A stretch of DNA of 64,000 bases from NCBI RefSeq assembly GCF_009914755.1, contig NC_060942.1; one strand, 5' to 3'. A program made the translations under genes and the position numbers. Source of the stretch: the human T2T-CHM13v2.0 reference genome, Homo sapiens. Below, in pieces: positions 52,135-64,000 of this stretch; the stretch's first letter is position 1, and each line of letters starts with the position of its first letter. A model generated the notes under the pieces. The model was not told the origin of the DNA. It did not search any database and worked only from the letters and a program-made list of their open reading frames with translations.

Positions 52135-54130
52135 TAGGTTTATCTCAACATGATAATGTTTAATATTGTAATTGATAGAGAAACAGATTAAGAGAGAACA
52201 AAGATTTAATCATCTCAAAAGATGCAAAAAAACATTTCATAAAATTTTACGTTTATATCTTCCCACACCAATCAACCAAACAACCAATCTCTCCCAGCAA
52301 CCTGAGATAAAGAAACTGGGAGCTAGCATCATGTTTTAATGTTTACATATTAGAATTATTTCCATGAAAGCAAGAATGTATCAAAATCCTACCATCCCGT
52401 AGGTTGACATTATACAAGAAGATACAGGCAGTACGTTCAGATGAAAAAAATAATTTAAGGGTTGGAATAAAAATGTTATTTACTGACAATTTGATATCTA
52501 CATGGACTATTCTAAGGTTTTTCAGAAATATAATGTAAGAATTAGGTGAGTTCAGCAAATGTGCCAAATACACGGTGAATTTTCAACAATTAGTAGCATT
52601 TTTAAATATAAGTAATGAAAATTAGAAAAATAAAATACTAAAAACTAAAATCCATGTTAGTAAAATAAAATACATACTTATAAACAAATCTAATAATAAC
52701 ATCTGTCTCTATTGGATAAAATTACCAAATATTATTGAAAACATAAAAGAAAATAAATCCAGGTTATGGCAGTTATTTGGTTACTTAAAATATATGTCAG
52801 TTCTCTAAATTCATATGGAAAAGTCCAAAAATTCAATTCTTAAAACAAACAAGCAAACCAAAAACAAGGAGAGAAGATTTTGCCTAATGTGTTAGAGGTT
52901 TTGCGTAATGCTATTTGTCTATAGTAATGAGAACCATACAGTATTTGTGCAAGAAAGAACAGAATACAGGGTTTAGATGCTGACCAGCATAAGACTGTGT
53001 TATATTTTAGAGGAGGTATCAGAAATTGCTGAGGAAAAGAAGAATGTTAATAAACATTGTTGAAGCAATAGGTTTTCTAATTGAGAAAAATAAAATAGCA
53101 TTAGATATCTTCATTGAATCACATAAAAAATAAAACTGTAAATTAATTATTAGGAAATATAAAAAAGACTGACTTAAAGACCTCAGGGTAGTAAAACATT
53201 TCTTAAATCAGGCTCAAAAGGCAAAAATAATGCACAAAATAATGAAGATATTTGTACAAAAATCAAACGCTTTTTTTAAAACAAAGGACTGCAAAAATAA
53301 AATTGAAATTAAAAGGTAAAAAAACTAGGGAAGATATTTCCAGCATAAAAAAGAAAAAGGGAATGGGCAAGGAACTCACACACAAATCAGTAAGAAAAAT
53401 AATATGGCAAAATATAAAATAAACATAGGATATGTATAGGCAATTCAAATAAGAATAAAATGGAATGGTCAATAAACATATAAAGATGTTCAATGTCAAG
53501 TATTTAGAAAAATGTAGGCCAGGCGTGGTGGCTCATGCCTGCAATCCCAGCACTTTGGGAGGCCGAGGCGGGCGGATCACGAGGTCAGGAAATCAAGACC
53601 ATCCTGGCTAACACGGTGAAACCCCGTCTCTACTAAAAATACAAAAAATTAGCCGGGCATGGTGGCACGCGCCTGTAGTCCCAGCTACTCGGGAGGCTGA
53701 GGCAGGAGAATGGTGCGAACCCGGGAGGCGGAGCTTGCAGTGAATGAGATCGCGCCACTGCACTGCAGCCTGGGCAACAGAGCAAGACTCCGTCTCAAAA
53801 AAAAAAAAAAAAAAAAAAAAAGAAAAATGTAAAATAAAAACCACAATGAAATGCCATTTTATTCTCTATCAGATTGGAAAACAAAAGGAAGAAGTTTGAC
53901 AATCGTAAGTGCTGACAAGGATATGCATTGACAAGAAACTCTCAGACTCTGCTGGCAAGACCATGAATTTTTACAACCACTCTAGAGAGGGCTTTGTCAA
54001 TATTTTGTATGTTACACATATGCAATTATCAATTCAAAAAATAGTTATAAAATATTCAGTGAAATTATTATCAAACACTTACATTGATCATTAAAATGAA
54101 AATAAACCTCATAGTTGAGTAACAATAGAA
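52135..54130 (+). mobile_element. Old L1M (L1ME-like) ORF2/3' region, highly decayed, interrupted by AluY
   Basis: ATCATCTCAAAAGATGCAAAAAAACATTT...GTGAGTTCAGCAA...CTAAATTCATATGGAAA...AAATAAAAACCACAATGAAATGCCATTTT; a probable upstream piece lies at about 51340-51435. Confidence 0.75.
53517..53820 (+). mobile_element. AluY SINE
   Basis: GGATCACGAGGTCAGG..ACCATCCTGGCTAACACGGTG..GGCGGAGCTTGCAGTG; pure A tail; perfect 11-bp TSD AGAAAAATGTA at 53506-53516 and 53821-53831. Confidence 0.96.
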
Positions 54131-57100
54131 TATTTCATTGTGTCCATTACTTGGAGCATCAGCATAGATAATTTGTAAAACATCCACTTAGGTGACTAAA
54201 TTGTTTAAATTACCTGTAGATTTTTAAACTACCATTCATTTACATAATGCAAGGCTATTATTTAGTGATAACTTTGGTTTTAGAATAGGTGGCATGTAGC
54301 CCTTCATTTTTGTAGAAAATAATTAACGAAGTCAGTTGGCTGTTAAGCAATTAAGTTGGTTGAGTTAATATAAGAGAATCAGTCAGGTTAGGCAATGGTC
54401 ACCCAAGATCTTTCATGGAATGAAAATTGAACCTTGGTGGTAACTTGACAGGAGACTCACCACTAATTCCAGGGAAAGAAATATGGAAAGTCAAGGGAAC
54501 TGTCACCATGGCCTGGAGCGTAAAGATTCATAGCATATTCTATTCTCACATTGGAAGTAAACAGGCGACTGAAAAGGCTTAGACTCAGCCTTATCATGCT
54601 TCTCTTGTTGCCTAAAAACTAAATTCATGTTCTGGAAGTAAAAATTAGCATCCCTTCTCCTTAGGCTCTGATATTCAGGACAGGCATAGACTATCTTAAA
54701 TAAATCTTAAAAATTAAGAGGCTCTTTGGACAGGGCACAGGTGCTGCCCTAGACTAGTTTTCTGACTAGTTTGTGCCCTTTTCTGGCAGGGCACAGGTGT
54801 TGCCTCGGTGACCTCTCACTGTTGTCTATGGGTAGTGGAACACTGAAAGAAATTCCTGGGATCCTTCCTGGATCATTGGAAGAACCATCTGGACAGGTGG
54901 AAATAAGTATATTACAGATGGATTGGAGCCAGAAGCCTGACTATCCTCTTTACATGGCTCTTTTTTGTCTTATGATTCATGAGTACAATTGGAATAATTC
55001 ATCCAAAATCTGATTCTGATGCCTAATATATATATGATGGTCACCTTAAAGACATATATGATTATCATGACTTTTTCAAACATGATTTTTAGATCTAGAA
55101 TTACAAAAGTAAAAGTAATATTAATGCTATAAAACACGCATCTCTTCATATAAAATCTGGATAGTATGACACACCAGAAAGTAATACTTTTACAAAAGGT
55201 TAAACTCTACTACCTACCCAGGGATAATTATTTCTAATTGGAGGGTGGCTCTGTGAGCTTCCTGTGTCTCTGGTTGAGCCTAAATTGCAAGGAGACGTTC
55301 TGAGGGAGAGGAGGAGAGCCAGGTGTGACTTCCAGTACTAGAGAGCATACAATGGCAATTAAAGGACAGAGAAAAGGTCCATGACCATCTGTTGTTAGAT
55401 GGGACTCTCTCAAATTAACACCACCTTTCTTGCTATGTTTCTTAAAAGTCAGCATAAAGGGTAATCAAACTCAAAGAAACTTAAGGAAAACTACAGGATA
55501 ACAAGGAGCAGAGAGAATATAAATAGTGTGTGAGGTTAGGAGATGTGGATTAAAAAGTAATTAAAAATAAAATAAATAAGAGTAGAAATAGCAAAAGCAA
55601 ACAAAACATCATATAAAAGATACGTTATAATTTAGAGGATTAAAAGAACAGGAAATAAATCAATGGTAAAGTTGAAATGAAAAAGTTAAATGTAAAAATA
55701 AGTGAATGTAAGGATCCATGGCAAGGACTAAAAAGTAATAGAAATAAAGAGGATTGAGGAAAGCTGTATTTAAATTATCATTCAAACAGTGGGAAAATGA
55801 GATACATAGATGAGGAAAATAGAGGAATAAAAAAATTACCAGAAGCAAACAAGGAGTGAGAATTTCTAAAAATTCTTGCAGCTGTCCAGTTGTTTTTCTT
55901 GACATATACCCTCACCCTAATGTAATGGGCAGAATTTAGAGACCATAACTAGCCAGCTGTACACACTGAACTATCACTTCTTTCAAGGTCAGGCTCATAA
56001 AGCCACTATCTGAAGTGGTAAGGACATGTGTTTTTAATACAAAGCCAAAGGTGCAGTTTCTGGGTTACAAAAGCAACCATCAACCATCAACAACTCAATT
56101 TGGTGTTGCCTGGTCTTCTGTTTTCTAGTCACAGTAAACATTTGGAATGGCAGTTTGAGCTGCTCTTTACTGTGATAAGATGGTCAACATGGTCAGGATA
56201 TCACATGACTCACAAATACAGACAGTAGTGAGAACTCCTTCCTGAGAGGCTTCACTCAGTTGCTGAGGAATTTTCCAGGGAGAAAAAGCTTTGAGGAATA
56301 ACCCAGGGGAAATTATATGCTGCCCATTCAACAGACTTGCTGGATTAAGAAGATTAAACTTTGGATCCGTAACGTGTATAGAGCCAAGCTCTACAGGAAC
56401 TAAATCAAGACAGGAATTTACTAATAATCTGTAGCTGAAAACAGGGCTGCCAAATGAGACTAGAACTCAGAGGTCCTTCCATATCACTCTTTCTATATTT
56501 TCTGACTGCCTTGTAAATATAAAAACAATAGATGCTATAGGAATTTAAGGCAAGATAGGGAACAAGTTCTGCTTCAATCATAGATAGGTTTATAATAAGT
56601 GCTTTTTGGTGATAATCTGTTCCTTTCCAAGACCATTAAATGAATCAAGGCTGATCAAGGTCTCCACTTAAAAACAGAATCATGGGGTCACCAATTTTAC
56701 TTTTGTCCCAAAAGTAATTGGTAGAAATGGATTCTTCCAATAGTATTTTCTAATTTACTCTTCTAAATAAGGGCACAGAACAAAGATGTAGGAACTGAAA
56801 GTGCTTTTTCTTATTGCATAATGAAATTCAAGTGTGTTGACCTCCTGACCATGATGTATAAGTCTAATGATTTTAAAATTACTTTTGCCTGCTGAGTTGT
56901 ATATTCCACCCTGGGACTAACTAATTATCATTTTAAACTGAACAGATTATGTAAATGAGTGTGCTTGATAGTTAGTTCTTTTCTTTGTGTATACTATGAA
57001 AGGCAGGAATAGTTTCTCAAATAAAATGAATTAAACATCTGTGCTTAGGATTGTCTCAGTGTTAAAACACTTGTTTTCTCATAAAGATAGTTTTATATCT

Positions 57101-58321
57101 AGACAAGCAAATGCTTCAGAGGAAGAGTAATTTGAAGGACAGTAGGAAACTCCCATTCTCCATAAAATTAATTTGGTTTTTTATTGCTTTCTTTTCTACC
57201 AGATTTGTCCTTTGTGGCTAAGAATCTTTTTCTTTATTATTATTACGATTATTTTTAGTTTAAATCCATTGTTACTTTGGGCACATTTGCCTTGGTAGTG
57301 TGGTCAGATCCTTTAATCAAAACACAGATAGGGGTGTAGTGTGTGTGGGGTTGGACACGGGGCTTGTTTGAGGTCTTAAAGGAGAGTTCCAAAGAACAGG
57401 AAATGTGACGGAGGGTCTAGGAAGAAGAGAGAACTGGAGGCAGGAAGAACTGTAATGAGGCTGACATTTGTGAATACTAAGTTCTACATTTGATCTAATT
57501 CTTGCAGGTATGGAAATGCAGGTAGATAAAACATACACTTAACTAGGAAATGGATGTTCAAGTAAGATGACTATTGTCTCTCCCCCACTCCCTAGTATCA
57601 AACATACATCTTCATGTTAATCATGAAGTTAATCATAATCACCTGAGTGATTAACCCTGCTGCTAGCCCTCCAGGCCTTGCCCCTTGCCTGCAATGGCTG
57701 TGACCCTACACTAATCCTGTAGCTTCTAGAGCAGTTACTTGGAAGATCAAACTTGATATCCACTCAATTTTCTTCTGATCCTACAAACATCCACACAGAC
57801 CCAAGCCACAAATTATCATGTCTACTATTTTTATACTTGAGTTGCTATTCCTAGGTTAAAGGCACATTCACAGGAGAAAGCTTCAGGGCAGGCAACAACC
57901 AGAGGAAAAATTTTACAAAATAGGCTGAAAATGGGAAACAAATGAAGCAGCAAGGAGGAAATCGATAGAGAGGCAGCTTATGGTCCAGGGCGTGTCACTA
58001 GATTTGGCATTTAATCATTTAGTATTTGGTCAGAGTTAAAATGAAACCAACCATTACATTTAATCTTGAGTCTGTAGCAGTAGTAAATAGCTAAGTGATG
58101 TAATAAATATGTGATTAATTTCCAAATAATGTAAATACCAAGTGAAAAATGTTGATGAAATAAACTTATATAGGCCAGTCACTTGATCCCACCCATAATG
58201 ATGAAACCAGGAATTTTTCTTCTTAGATTATTTCACACAAAACCTGATTTCCAAGCAATTCCCACTGTCAGAACACACCTAGTAAATAATTCTGTAAAAA
58301 GATCCTGAATGCAAATCTTAT

Positions 58322-59270
<949 letters not shown>

Positions 59271-59625
59271 AGATCTTGTCTTTTTGAAAGAGAGGATAAA
59301 CTCTATGGGCACGAAAGCTACTTTAATCTGTACAGCATTTTACATTACAAATACATTTATATATACTACCTCATGTAATTAAATAAGTAAAATAACTTGC
59401 ACCAAAGATCAAGTAACTTCAAAGTTACAGATGGACTCAAACTAATTCTCTTGAGTCAAAATCCCAAGTTATCTCAATTTCTTATTCAATTAGAGAAGTG
59501 ACTTGTTCAATACATTTGTATTTGTTGATTCAAATCAAATTGGACAATATAATATAACAAGTATTTATTGAGCACCAACTCTGTGCTCAGCCTTTGGTAT
59601 GTATGGATAGGAAGAAAAACAAAGA

Positions 59626-59654
59626 AAAATAAAATAAAATAAAATAAAATAAAA
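59626..59654. repeat. (AAAAT)n repeat within a reversed L2 tail fragment
   Basis: AAAAT repeats; preceded by AACAAGTATTTATTGAGCACCAACTCTGTGC. Confidence 0.8.
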
Positions 59655-60342
59655 ACACAGTATTGTTCTCAGGGTACACTCTTCCTGTGGTGAAAAGGAT
59701 TAGCTTTGTGAAGAGGGGAAGGGAGAAGAAACATTATGTTGTTGTTATTGTTTGCTAGGTATGGTGCTATTGATTTTAGACTTTTCAATAACCACTAAAA
59801 ATACATATTGCTTCTGTTTTACACAGAGGAGTTCAAACAAAGAGACGTAAAATAACTTGCCCTCTCCCCAAGCTGATGTGGAGTGGACTCCATCAGACTG
59901 AAGTCTTTCTCTACCATGCTTTCCTCCTTCCCAGGGATTATAATAAGCAAACAAAAGGCAAAAACTCATCTACCATGAAGCTCACAAGGAGAACAGCATA
60001 GGACTGACTGTTTTGTCCAAGATTCTTACCTGGTTTGCTCATGGTATAGTTGCAAGTTTTGTAGACTGAGAATCCAAAAGTCTGCAGTCTAGATTTGTAC
60101 TTGCTTTAAACTCATTCTGGGTACATGGACAATTCGTATAAACTCCAAGAGACTTTATTTTCTTACCTGTAACTTAATGGAATAAGACAAGCCCAAAGGT
60201 TTGTCTTATTTCCAAAATGATGCTTTAACTGAGTTTGATCTACATTAATTATATGACTAGATATTTGAAACTCCATTATTTATACCTGCAATGATGGGAG
60301 TGGGGTAGAATTTTGTTATCATACTCTCTGTCTCTCTCTAAA

Positions 60343-60372
60343 ACACACACACACATACACACATACACACAT
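60343..60372. repeat. (CA)n microsatellite
   Basis: CA run with TA interruptions. Confidence 0.9.
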
Positions 60373-60934
60373 ACTTCTATGATAGCTTTGAGTAGTTTTC
60401 AAAATGTTTTGCAGAAGTAAAATAAGATTATATAAAAATTAATTTTTACTGAGTAGTTAGGGAAATGAATTAGAATTACATGAATAAATGTTTTAAAACA
60501 GTTGAAAAATATTTAAACATGCAAGTATACAGTGAGGCACTATACTATTTTTTCAAACAATATCACAGTCCAATAAATACATTTAATATTTTGCACACTT
60601 AAATATGTACCTACAAATTAAGCTAAAAGTAGTTCATGCCAGAGTGAATTCATTGCATCCTTTAGGATGTTTTTGGCATGCTTGACATAAATTAGTCTCA
60701 TAACAGACATGATTGTTAAACAATGCAAGCACAGAACAAAATTCATTTAATTTTGCTGAATGAGCTGGTCAAGCAGGAGTCCTCAAACTGTCCTCACATT
60801 ACCCTTTGACATAAGGAGTCAAATGTTTCCACTTGAAGAATCATACAGTTATAATCTGTGAAGCTTCCAGTTACAATGTTTCACTTTTAACTATTTCTAA
60901 CTAGAGTAAGATTTCAGGTCAAAATGTTTCAGAC

Positions 60935-61188
60935 AAGTCAAAACATGTATTGAACAATATGAGGACTATAGTTAATAATAGTATATTGTATTCAGGATTT
61001 TTGCTAAATGTGTAGATTATGGCTGCTCTTGACCCAGGAGGAAAAAATGTGTAGCTATGTAAGACAACATATATATTAATTTGTTCTACTACAGTAATCA
61101 TTTACACACACACACTCACACACACACACAACTTATAACATCATGTTCTATACCTTAAATATACACAATAAAATTTATTGTAAAAAAT
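60935..61188 (+). mobile_element. L1MA (L1MA8-like) 3' terminus with internal (CA)n
   Basis: ATGAGGACTATAGTTAATAATAGTATATTGTATTCAGGATTTTTGCTAAATG..TAGATT...ACATCATGTT..TACCTTAAATATACACAATAAAATTTA. Confidence 0.85.
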
Positions 61189-62914
61189 ATTTCTGGAAAC
61201 CTATGTTCTATATTGGCCTCACTCAATGCCCTTGTAAGAAGATTTCTCCAAAGCTTACATTAGTCCATTCTATTTATATAATATTATCTTTCAAAAACTT
61301 CTCCTGCTACTTGTTTATTAAAAGATTTATTGACTCAATATTTAATAGATATTATAGCAGGATATGTACAAATGATGTGCAGAGAAGCACAAATAAAGTT
61401 GGAATTGTACCTCAGAATGATGATCTTTAAAGATAAGGTTTTCAATGTAAAGAAATTAATGCATGTGAAGGCAGGAATCAGTTTTAGATACCATGGGCAC
61501 CAGATACTTTCAGAATAACTGGAGATTAAATAAGAGTTATAAATAAATAGGTATAAATTAAACTCTTTAAAGAGTTATACATTTAATTTTATTAAATAAA
61601 ATAAAAGTTATAAAGTCAGACTGTTGTTTGCTCAATATGGTGTCATTTAAATAAAAATAGTAAATTGATATTTGCCAAATATAAAATTGTTTATCTCATT
61701 ATCAATAACAATGCATTTATTTGTAGTCAAGTATCCAAATCATTTCACTTCTTTGGGCTTCAGTTTTCTACTTTGGAAAGTGGGAAATGAGGTAATCTTT
61801 AAGTTTCCTTTCTAGGTGTGAATCTTATTTCTTATTTAAGAACTTATTTCTTACACACTTCTTACTCCCATTTCAAAGTTGTTGGAAGAAAGAAAATTTG
61901 GACAGTAATAATCCATAAGGGCAAATGTGACACAAACTTTAATCAAACCAAACCAACCAATATTAAATAAGAAATCTTTCATCTCATACTTGACTTTCTT
62001 TTTTTTCTCTCAAGTAAGTCTCCTTCCTTTCTTGTCTTGGAGGTCACAGTGGGTTTAACCTGGAAGTAAGGATCTACAATAGATTCCGTATCTATTTTAG
62101 ATATAGTATCATCAGCGGCTGAGCTAGGCTGAAGGAAATGACACAGAGTGGGATGGGGAGAGTAAAGCTGAAGTCCTCCAATCTGCCTCCACTTAGGAGC
62201 CCATGTGTGTGGAATAGTCAACATACTAGAAAGCAGCATGAAAGCCTTGGACATTGAAGACCAGAAGGCAAGAAAACAGCAGAAAAAAAGGAGGTCAACA
62301 GGCAAAGCAACAAAATTCTACTTCTTCAGAGCTTTATCTCAAAATGACAGAGGAGAAGCTTCGTTTGGGGATACTAACAAAAGTTTTCCTCATTGTAGGT
62401 TAATAAAAACAAAGAAAAGGAACGTTAAGCCCCATAGAAACAATATGAACAGTAATAGTGAAGAAAAATGCCACCAGCTATTTTAGCCTCTGCTGAGTAA
62501 AGTAATGTTCACTTTACTTCGAGATTACCAAAATATTCAGAAATGATATATCATCCTGTTTCCCATCTCCCTTCAGAAGGAAAAGAGCTATGAGTTAAGT
62601 ACATCACAGTTTTTAAGATGCTTTCTGATTTGCATAAGAATTTAATCAAACCTTTCCCCAATACAAAGACTCTCGAGAATACTGCTCCTGATTGATAAGA
62701 TGGGAAGGACTCTAGTTGTCGTTACCAACATCAGACAGACACACTGGGTTCACTAATGCATAATTTTTCAAACTATCTATGGAGACAGCTGTCGTTTTCT
62801 TCTTCCAACTGTCATACCTGGATACACAGTCCTAATGCACACCCACATCACATCAAGCGCTCTTTAATAAAACAATTCAACTGATTATGCCCTTGAATAT
62901 CATAGTAATGTTAA

Positions 62915-63261
<347 letters not shown>

Positions 63262-64000
63262 TCTTTTTTAAAAAAAAAAATGTACTTTCACATTCTATAC
63301 TTTTTTCATGCTGATCATATGCAGTTTATGGGCTGGCACCTGTTTAGGGAACTACTTTGAGCAAAAATGCTATTCAAAGCTGTTAGGAGACTTGCAAAAG
63401 AATTTAGCCAAAGCTTTCTCCAATAACACAGTTCTTTAGATAAGAGAAGCAAAACTACATGACAGGAAGATGAGCAAAGAAAGTATTCGGATTTGGGGTA
63501 AAACCTGGTCTTTCTGTAGTCCCAGTTTGAGCCATTAAGCCAATTTCCCCAGGTGGTGTTGTTTATTTTTGTTGCTTTGTTTTTATTTACATGTAATTAA
63601 AAAAATCTTTTAATTGATATTAAACCAGGCATTTTGGAAGCAGAACACTCTCGGTTTCTGTCTACACAGTACCAATGAAATTAGGTAAATATAGGACTAT
63701 AGCAGTAAAACATGAAGTAGAAAAATAAACGAAGCATATCAATTAACATTTTCCAGGAAGGAAAATACCTGAGTGACTTTTTGGGGAGAAAAAGATGTCA
63801 TGGCAATATAAAAACCTGACCAGCTCAACACTGATTAACCCCATCTCTAAAGTGCTGAAATTCCCAGATCCCACTACAAAATCGGATTCTTCATTACACA
63901 TTCCACTGCACTACTCTTTAATTGCTTTATATATTTTATTGCTTTTTCATTTCTCCAAGCAGATTAAATAAGCTCACCAAAGGCAGAGTTTGTGCATATG

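Noticed and set aside
61979-62486. Overlapping 108-aa and 93-aa ORFs with a basic, NLS-like stretch
   Set aside because: No family resemblance or convincing exon structure; the lysine/arginine bias follows from A-rich DNA.

Overview
This is AT-rich, non-coding catarrhine (human-like) genomic DNA, either intergenic or deep in an intron. AluY, L1PA and LTR12C elements date it to that lineage. I find no credible protein-coding exon, RNA gene or prokaryotic-type system. The ORF-track entries come from Alu, LTR12C or L1 sequence, or are short random frames. The window is a layered record of transposons: 9 Alus, an intact LTR12C (ERV9) solo LTR with a GCAC TSD, and older MER4, MER67-like, MER31-like, MST, LTR33 and MLT1 LTRs. 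It also holds two Charlie1a hAT transposons, MER63A, MER5, MER2 and MER20, several L1 fragments, and L2, L3 and MIR relics. The most notable items are the LTR12C promoter, a clean twin-primed L1PA inversion, and a 27-nt TPRT-like micro-insertion with a 14-bp TSD. There is also a perfect 16-bp AT-rich inverted repeat, a 5'-only L1PB-like fragment and several small tandem duplications. I did not find a previously undescribed biological system. Family names come from recalled consensus sequences rather than a search, so subfamily calls and the boundaries of old elements are approximate.
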